Shown: one piece after another, positions 57,745 to 64,000 of the stretch | Layout: the number at the start of each line of letters is the position of its first letter | How positions within the stretch are numbered: position 1 is the first letter of the stretch | From: Minisyncoccota bacterium | GTDB taxonomy: Bacteria > Patescibacteriota > Minisyncoccia > Phycocordibacterales > UBA2100 | Reading direction: 5' to 3' | Assembly (NCBI GenBank): GCA_022842645.1 | Contig: JALHPE010000004.1 | Span: 8,557-72,556, forward strand | DNA: 64,000 nucleotides | Made by a program: the position numbers and the translations under genes | The notes under the pieces: model-generated | The model's database searches: none | What the model was told of the DNA's origin: nothing | Seen by the model: only the letters and a program-made list of their open reading frames with translations

Positions 57745-59064
57745 TTATCGGATACCACTGCCGTAAAGGAATCGGCTTATGCGACCCTCGCCTGGCGGAA
57801 GCGCGAGCAGGAATGTGCGCGAGACAGTAATCGCCGAGAGCATAGAAATAACAACGCCGAGCCCGAAGACAAGCGCGAAGCCTTTCACAATGGATGTGCC
57901 AAACCAGAAGAGAATGATGGCGGTGATGATCGAGGAAATATTTGAATCACGAATCGAGAGCCATGCACGATTAAATCCTTCACGAATCGCTTCTTCACCA
58001 ATTTTTCCATTTTTCATCTCTTCACGCATGCGCGCAAATATGAGCACATTGGCATCCACGGCCATACCAATCGAGAGAATGAATGCGGCAATGCCGGCTG
58101 CCGTGAGCGTGACGGGAATGAGTTTAAAAATCGCCAGTGAAAGCACGACATAGAGACTCAGTGCTAAAACCGCAAGAAGACCCGGGACGCGATACCAAAG
58201 AATCATAAAGAGCGCGACGATGCCAAAACCAGCCGCACCCGCAAAAATGCCGTCACGCACGGCTTCCCCACCAAGCGTGCCGGAAACTGTCTGCGTCGAA
58301 ACAAGCTCAATCGGCACTGGGAGCGCACCGAAGTTAAGGTTCTTCACAAGATCGCGCGCCTCCACTGCGGTGAAATTGCCAGAAATAACCGCGGTGCCCC
58401 CGGGAATTGCTTCGTTAATGACGGGTGTTGAAATCGGCACGCCGTCGAGAAAAATGCCGAACACTTGGCCAACGCTTTGTGCTGTTGTGTCGGCAAAAAT
58501 CTTTGTGCCTTCATCGTCAAAAAAGAGAACGACAACGGGCTCATTTGCGAGGCCGCCTGCGCTTCCGAATTGCAGCTCCGCGCGGGCAATGTGCCGCCCC
58601 GTAAGAATCGCCGGACCAAACAGATCGTTTGCACCAGGAAGTGTCGTTGTGCCACTTGCCACTATTTCCTCGCCATCGCCTTTCAGCATGCGAAATTCCA
58701 AGACTGGCGTTTCTCCGATTTGGCGAATTGCCTCGTTTGCATCCGTCACACCCGGAAGCTCAATAATGAGCCGCTCCTCTCCTTCGCCGGCAACAGAACT
58801 TCCCTTTTCGCGTTGAACAAGAGGCTCTGCAACACCAAAAAGATTGACGCGTCGTTCGATCGTCTCACGCAGCGCATCGAGGGACTCCTCGGTGTCGCCC
58901 GCAATCGCGCTCGTATCTGCTTTGTAGAGAAGCTGGGTTCCGCCGGAGAGGTCGAGCCCGAGACGGAACGGACGAGTTCCGTTCACTTCAGAGCTATAGA
59001 CATACCAGCCCAAAAAGGCGGTTACAAAAATTGCGGCAAGCGCGGAGAAGCGATATGTCCACAT
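57745..59064 (-). CDS. secD: Protein translocase subunit SecD
   Basis: LGLDLSGG, RRVN.FGVAEP, GALP, GMAVDANVLIFAR. Confidence 0.95.
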   Translation of the reverse strand: MWTYRFSALAAIFVTAFLGWYVYSSEVNGTRPFRLGLDLSGGTQLLYKADTSAIAGDTEESLDALRETIERRVNLFGVAEPLVQREKGSSVAGEGEERLIIELPGVTDANEAIRQIGETPVLEFRMLKGDGEEIVASGTTTLPGANDLFGPAILTGRHIARAELQFGSAGGLANEPVVVLFFDDEGTKIFADTTAQSVGQVFGIFLDGVPISTPVINEAIPGGTAVISGNFTAVEARDLVKNLNFGALPVPIELVSTQTVSGTLGGEAVRDGIFAGAAGFGIVALFMILWYRVPGLLAVLALSLYVVLSLAIFKLIPVTLTAAGIAAFILSIGMAVDANVLIFARMREEMKNGKIGEEAIREGFNRAWLSIRDSNISSIITAIILFWFGTSIVKGFALVFGLGVVISMLSAITVSRTFLLALPPGEGRISRFLYGSGIR

Positions 59065-59160
59065 GAGGGTGCAGTCTACATTCTGCAAGCATTTGACGCG
59101 AGTTGACAGAATCTTAAATTATGATTAAATGCTTCCAGAAACAACTGGAGGAGCACTCCC

Positions 59161-59367
59161 ATGATTGCCGTCGCGCACTTGGCCATCGCTTGCATTATCG
59201 CATTTCTCGTAGCGCATGTGATGGAGCACATCTCCATCACCCACTTCAACATGCCTGCAGCGGATCCGACGAAGCTGTCAGCGACCGATGTCGCCCTCTT
59301 CACGTTCGCGGGCGCAGCACTCTTTATCTTCGGCATCCTTCGTCTGTTCTCTGACGACAAGCGCTGA
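59161..59367 (+). CDS. Small two-TM protein
   Basis: GGAGG upstream, TTGACA at 59103, two hydrophobic segments, downstream terminator. Confidence 0.6.
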   Translation: MIAVAHLAIACIIAFLVAHVMEHISITHFNMPAADPTKLSATDVALFTFAGAALFIFGILRLFSDDKR

Positions 59368-59411
59368 AGCGTAGCGACCTCATCCATCTTCTTTTAGGGT
59401 GAGGTCGTTTG

Positions 59412-59442
59412 TTTTCCACACTTTTTCCACATCCTATCCACA
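59412..59442 (+). promoter_or_regulatory. Three tandem DnaA-box-like motifs
   Basis: TTTTCCACA 59412, TTTTCCACA 59423, CTATCCACA 59434; 11-bp period. Confidence 0.6.
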
Positions 59443-59528
59443 ACTCTTACGCCACAACACAAAAACTACACCTATCGTAAATGCTACCGTTGGTATAGGT
59501 TCTTTGAAACCTAAGCAACGCATAGGAG

Positions 59529-60470
59529 ATGCGCGTGAATACCGTAGTAGAATTAAAAAGTCCTGAACGCTCTCCAATAGTTCCCGCACAGGATATTGGT
59601 GAAGCAGTTCACAACATGCTTGAGCGCGGTTGGACCCGCCTGGAGTACCCTTCTATCTCGCGTCGTTTCGAACAACTCGTGTCGTCGTTCATTGCCATGA
59701 TCGGCGACGAAATGCGGGATCAGTATGTGATCACCGACACGCGAGAGCTCGACACCGATGGTGAACCTGACCTCGGGCTTATTTTCAAAGCAAAAGGTCA
59801 GGTGAAGCCGCGGCCACGCCCAGACGAAATCGCCGAGGGTCGGCTTCGGTATGACAGCACGAAAGCAGTGCATCACTACAACCCGCGTCTCTTGGCATAC
59901 CTCGGCCGCACGCCGGGAGTTCTCGAGAAACACGCTGAGTTTTTCCTCGAGAGTGCTCGCTTGCATGCCTCGACCGTTCTTCTCGTCATTGAATTGGCGG
60001 AAGAAATGGATCGACGTATGCCCGGGTATGGTTTCGCAGACCGAGTGCGCATGATGGAGTGGGAACATAAATCCCGTCTTCTTCACTACGAATGCGACGG
60101 CCCGACGCAAGAGATTGCAACACGACATCGCGACAAATGCTTCATCACGCCACATGCTCGATCAAGCCGCGGCGGTTTGTGGCTCGTCGATAATCGTGAC
60201 ACGATCGTGCCGGACGCCGAAGAAACGCGCGCAAATTCTGTACTGCTTTTCTTCAGTCGCCAGGCGTGGGAAATCACGCGCGGCAAACTGAAAGGCATCG
60301 TGCATGGCGTGAAAGACACCACGTTCAACGACCTTGTCGGGAGAACGCCCCGTCAAACGCTCGTGTCGTTCGTAAAGGCGCACACGACCGAAGAAGATCG
60401 TGCGTGGGCAAAAGACAACATGTCGCAGCTCAATATCCCTGCGCATGTCGATCGTTTTGCGAATACATAA
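59529..60470 (+). CDS. Isopenicillin-N-synthase-like Fe(II)/2OG oxygenase
   Basis: RLLHY, HRD...T, GL, H.V, R.T.V.F motifs. Confidence 0.7.
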   Translation: MRVNTVVELKSPERSPIVPAQDIGEAVHNMLERGWTRLEYPSISRRFEQLVSSFIAMIGDEMRDQYVITDTRELDTDGEPDLGLIFKAKGQVKPRPRPDEIAEGRLRYDSTKAVHHYNPRLLAYLGRTPGVLEKHAEFFLESARLHASTVLLVIELAEEMDRRMPGYGFADRVRMMEWEHKSRLLHYECDGPTQEIATRHRDKCFITPHARSSRGGLWLVDNRDTIVPDAEETRANSVLLFFSRQAWEITRGKLKGIVHGVKDTTFNDLVGRTPRQTLVSFVKAHTTEEDRAWAKDNMSQLNIPAHVDRFANT

Positions 60471-60595
60471 AACTAGACGGGAGCCTTGCGGCTCCCGTTT
60501 TTCATTCAAGAGAAAGACTGCGCTACACATAAAGTGTTTGCGCAAACGTTGCAATAACTGAGATACTTACCACAGTCAATAGAGGAGAAACAACG

Positions 60596-61243
60596 ATGCG
60601 TACTAAACGCGCGAAAGAGCTCTCCGATCTCATCGAGTTCGTCGAGTTTACCAATCTATTTCGGAAAGTGGAACGCCTAATCTGGTTTAAGGGTGTCGAG
60701 GGTCGTGAGAGAGTTGGTGAACATTCGTTCCAGCTTGCACTCGTATGCTGGTTCGTGAATGAACGATGCGAGCTCGGTCTTAACACAGGGCTTATGATTG
60801 AATATCCGATCGTGCACGATATTTTCGAGACGTATGCGGAAGACACTCCTGCGTTCGGTACACATTATGAAAATGGCGAACCTATCCCGCAACGAAGTGA
60901 CAAAGCTGCACGAGAAAAAGCAGCTGAGCGTCGAATTATTCGTGAATGGGGTGAAAAATTCCCCCCCCCCCTCATCAATCGAATGACCCGTTATGCACGC
61001 CAAGAAGACGAAGAGAGCCGTTTTGTATATGCGATGGATAAAGTACTCGCACTATTGAACGTATACACTGACGGCGGCAGGAGTTGGCACATGCTCGATG
61101 TAACTATTGAGACCATGGATCTCTACAAACGTCCCCGGGTCGCGGCACATGCGTTCGTAAAAGAGCTATACGAAGAGCTTTTTAAGATCTTGTCGCGGGA
61201 ACAAAAGAAATTGTTTGCACCCTCCAAGGAGCCGATCTCATGA
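60596..61243 (+). CDS. HD-domain hydrolase (YfbR/HDDC2-like)
   Basis: R...E.V.EHS, VHD..E...D, DK. Confidence 0.85.
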   Translation: MRTKRAKELSDLIEFVEFTNLFRKVERLIWFKGVEGRERVGEHSFQLALVCWFVNERCELGLNTGLMIEYPIVHDIFETYAEDTPAFGTHYENGEPIPQRSDKAAREKAAERRIIREWGEKFPPPLINRMTRYARQEDEESRFVYAMDKVLALLNVYTDGGRSWHMLDVTIETMDLYKRPRVAAHAFVKELYEELFKILSREQKKLFAPSKEPIS

Positions 61244-61250
61244 TCGGCTC

Positions 61251-62012
61251 CTACTTTTTTGTAAGCTCAAACAGATTCTTAAAAATCATGGCGACCGCAA
61301 TCGGGCCTACTCCCCCAGGCACCGGAGTAAAAATAGATGCTTTTTCGGCACATACAGGATCTGCATCCCCTGCCACTTTTCCATTGCTCTCACTCGTTCC
61401 CGCATCGATTAACACAACACCGTCTTTGATATGTTCTGGCCTTACCAATCCCGGCTCACCGGCACCGAGAACAACGACGTCTGCATCTTTCAAAGATTCG
61501 AGCGAGTCTCCTTTCCCCAGCACCTGCACTTCTGCACCAAGCTCTCGCAGAAGTTGCGTGCACGGCGCACCCACAAGCCGCCCTGAACCCACAACAATAG
61601 CCTTCCGGCCGCGCGTCGCCACTAATTCGCACATGATAATTTCCTCTACCGCAGCGGCAACTGGCGGACGCACGCGCGCCTGGGGCGAAATGCCATCCAC
61701 GTCTTTGTGGGGAGGAATCTCCGCAAGTAACGCATCCGTATCAATTCTCTCTGGGAGAGGTAGTTGCACGATCACGCCATCTGTTCGCTGCGCAAGCTCG
61801 CGCACAGTAGCGCAAGCAACATCAGTTGTTGCATCCAGTGGAAGCTCGGCGCGCACGAGCGTGACACCAAGTCGCTCTGCCGCTTTTGCTTTAATGCGCA
61901 CAAAAGAATCCGTGACGGGGCTCCCACCCGCAAGAAAAACACCGAGCGAAAGGGGTCGCGGCGTAAGCGACACATAGACACTCTCAGCAATTTTTCTTCC
62001 ATCGATAATCAT
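61251..62012 (-). CDS. folD: Methylenetetrahydrofolate dehydrogenase/cyclohydrolase
   Basis: IIDG.KIA, VQLPLP, KDVDG, LVG.P, GD, TPVPGGVGP. Confidence 0.92.
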   Translation of the reverse strand: MIIDGRKIAESVYVSLTPRPLSLGVFLAGGSPVTDSFVRIKAKAAERLGVTLVRAELPLDATTDVACATVRELAQRTDGVIVQLPLPERIDTDALLAEIPPHKDVDGISPQARVRPPVAAAVEEIIMCELVATRGRKAIVVGSGRLVGAPCTQLLRELGAEVQVLGKGDSLESLKDADVVVLGAGEPGLVRPEHIKDGVVLIDAGTSESNGKVAGDADPVCAEKASIFTPVPGGVGPIAVAMIFKNLFELTKK

Positions 62013-62033
62013 AAAGGTAAGACACGCCGCGTC

Positions 62034-62939
62034 TTAAATGCCCCACTCCGTCTTAAGTGCGGCGATACCTTCTTCAAGCATACGTGAGGGCTCCCACTCA
62101 AGAAGCTCGTGTGCTTTCCGATTGTCAGCCTGGGCGCGCCCTGGTTCGACGCGCGCCTCGACATGCGTCACCTCGCCACCAATAAGGCTCGCAAGCGCAT
62201 TTACATCAGTCTCGCGTCCGGTGCCGATATTAATCGCTTCTCCCTTCCCCACTTTCTGAGAAGTGGCCGCGAGAAGATTCGCGCGCGCGACATCACTCAC
62301 ATGTACATAATCGCGGGTGTTCGTGCCATCTCCCCAAATCTCGATCATTTCCCCCTCTTTGCGGAGTCGCAAAAACTTCCCAATCGCAAGCGCGTACGCG
62401 CCGTTCGGATCAAGGCGTGGACCATACACATTGAAATAGCGGAGCGCCACCGTTTCCAGTCCGTAGAGCTCGCTCCAGAGTTTACAGGTGTTTTCCCCAA
62501 TCGCCTTATGCAAGGCATAGGGACTCTTGGGAGCAAGCGGCATATCTTCAGAAAGGGGCATGGTCGGTTGGTCGCCATACACAGCAGCAGATGACGAGAA
62601 TACAAAGCGACGCACGCCTGCGTCGCTTGCCGCTTTAAGCAGATTCACTGTTCCATCCACATTGACGCTAAATGTTTCAATCGGATTCTCAATCGAATAC
62701 TGCACACGCGGAAGCGCCGCAAGGTGAAAGACACACTGAGCACCCTGTACGAGCGGCACGAGCGCTTCGAATGAACGAATATCCACTTCATGATAGGTCG
62801 CACGCGAGTTGATGCGATTCTCAAAACGACCAGAACAAAACGTGTCTACCACGTGCACGTCGTCACCGCGCTCAACGAGCGCATCCACAATATGAGATCC
62901 AATAAACCCACCGCCGCCGGTTACCAACATCTTAGCCAT
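62034..62939 (-). CDS. NAD-dependent epimerase (UDP-glucose/GlcNAc 4-epimerase-like)
   Basis: TGGGGFIGSH, SSAAVYG, SPYALHK, LRYFNVYGPR. Confidence 0.9.
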   Translation of the reverse strand: MAKMLVTGGGGFIGSHIVDALVERGDDVHVVDTFCSGRFENRINSRATYHEVDIRSFEALVPLVQGAQCVFHLAALPRVQYSIENPIETFSVNVDGTVNLLKAASDAGVRRFVFSSSAAVYGDQPTMPLSEDMPLAPKSPYALHKAIGENTCKLWSELYGLETVALRYFNVYGPRLDPNGAYALAIGKFLRLRKEGEMIEIWGDGTNTRDYVHVSDVARANLLAATSQKVGKGEAINIGTGRETDVNALASLIGGEVTHVEARVEPGRAQADNRKAHELLEWEPSRMLEEGIAALKTEWGI

Positions 62940-62948
62940 ATGCTGATA

Positions 62949-64000
62949 CTACGACCCACGCGCCGTAAGCACAATACGAATAGTCTGCAGAATGATGTAG
63001 AGATCAAGAAGAAGCGAACGGTGGAAAAAGTAGTAGAGATCGTAGGAAAGCTTTTCTTTTGTCGCCGCGACGTCCGTCCCGTGGTGCGGATGGCGGTCAT
63101 GATAGATCTGCGCCCAGCCAGTGAGTCCTGGCGTCACAAGATACCGCGCGTTGTAATACGGAATGCGGGCGTTGTAGTGCTCGGCAAGCGTCGGAAATTC
63201 AGGACGCGGCCCTACCAAGGAGAGTTCCCCCCGAAATACGTTCCAAATTTGCGGAAGCTCATCGAGCCGAAGTGCCCGAAGCACTTTACCGACGCGTGTC
63301 ACCGTCAATTCTGTTTTACCTTTTTCACCATATTCTCCGCTGTCATTCCCCGTCATTGATCGAAACTTAATGACCGTAATCGGCCTTTGAAACCGACCAA
63401 CGCGTTTTTGAGTAATGAAAATGTCCCCACCATCATCCATCTTGATCGCGAGCATAATAAACGGATACAAAAGCAACGAAAGCACACCACCCACGACTGA
63501 GGCACCAATATCAATCACTCGCTTCAATACATCGTATGCAGGAGAAGTGCTTGAATTTCCTAAAACCCATTCGTAGCGAACCAAAGAGAGCGGTACGCGA
63601 TCAAATACTTCCTGGTACATATCCATCACATTCACCATGACAAATCGTTGCTTTTGAAATGCGGCATCATAGAGAATCGGAAGTGCAGTTTGGATTGCAG
63701 TGTCTGAAACATCAACCACCAAAAACGCAATGTGGTCGTCTTCTGCGATGCGACATGCATGCTGAATAATTTCATGCGATGGTGTCTGGGCAGTATCAAT
63801 CACATATTCAAACGAAAATGGATAGCGCGCATCAGAGGCAATCTCTTCGGCGAGTGCTTTCGCATCGGACCCCGTTGCAAGGAGTACTCCTTTGAGGCGT
63901 TTACCGTTTCTAATGTACGGGAATACTAATACGCGCCAGGTAAAAATAAGGAGTGAGGAAACCGCGAGATAGATAATGAGCACCGTTTTCGGCGCGATTC
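62949..64000 (-). CDS. Priming polyprenyl-phosphate sugar transferase (WcaJ/WbaP-like), 5' end outside the window
   Basis: KR..DI, KFRSM, LDELPQ, LVGPRP, PGLTGWAQ, YDLYY. Confidence 0.92.
   Translation of the reverse strand, partial: IAPKTVLIIYLAVSSLLIFTWRVLVFPYIRNGKRLKGVLLATGSDAKALAEEIASDARYPFSFEYVIDTAQTPSHEIIQHACRIAEDDHIAFLVVDVSDTAIQTALPILYDAAFQKQRFVMVNVMDMYQEVFDRVPLSLVRYEWVLGNSSTSPAYDVLKRVIDIGASVVGGVLSLLLYPFIMLAIKMDDGGDIFITQKRVGRFQRPITVIKFRSMTGNDSGEYGEKGKTELTVTRVGKVLRALRLDELPQIWNVFRGELSLVGPRPEFPTLAEHYNARIPYYNARYLVTPGLTGWAQIYHDRHPHHGTDVAATKEKLSYDLYYFFHRSLLLDLYIILQTIRIVLTARGS

Noticed and set aside
61240-61977. 245-aa plus-strand ORF, and similar long antisense ORFs such as 58220-58816
   Set aside because: They are antisense shadows of folD and secD.
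1-64000. CRISPR array, cas genes, transposases or prophage genes
   Set aside because: No repeat-spacer array or recognisable mobile-element protein was seen by eye.

Overview
A 64-kb chromosomal window from a Patescibacteria (CPR) bacterium, most likely Parcubacteria/Paceibacteria. The taxonomy is inferred from 16S signatures and gene content. Positions 1 to about 37.9 kb hold a large surface-glycan locus: nonulosonic acid synthesis, a flippase, GT2/GT4/GT47/GT-C transferases, GtrA proteins, NDP-sugar enzymes and several methyltransferases. The rest holds cell-wall and housekeeping genes (rsmI, murC, murD, murI, murA, secDF, folD), tRNA-Leu(CAG), tRNA-Ile(GAT) and a stand-alone 16S rRNA gene. 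Most notable signals: (1) a diversity-generating-retroelement (DGR)-like cassette between murD and murC, with a target gene, a 132-bp VR/TR pair and hairpins but no reverse transcriptase or Avd, and a template copy that looks already mutagenized; (2) a 403-nt ORF-less group II intron in the 16S gene, whose EBS1 places the 5' splice site 10 nt upstream of a GUGCU motif; (3) a three-hairpin element downstream of both tRNAs that can pair back onto the tRNA 3' end; (4) a 16S tail lacking CCUCC together with a recurrent TAnnnT-6nt-ATG leaderless signature; (5) an unannotated structured RNA candidate at about 32.8-33.0 kb; (6) heptamer-periodic micro-repeats inside and between genes; (7) three phased DnaA boxes. 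All calls come from reading the sequence by eye. No database searches or folding programs were run.
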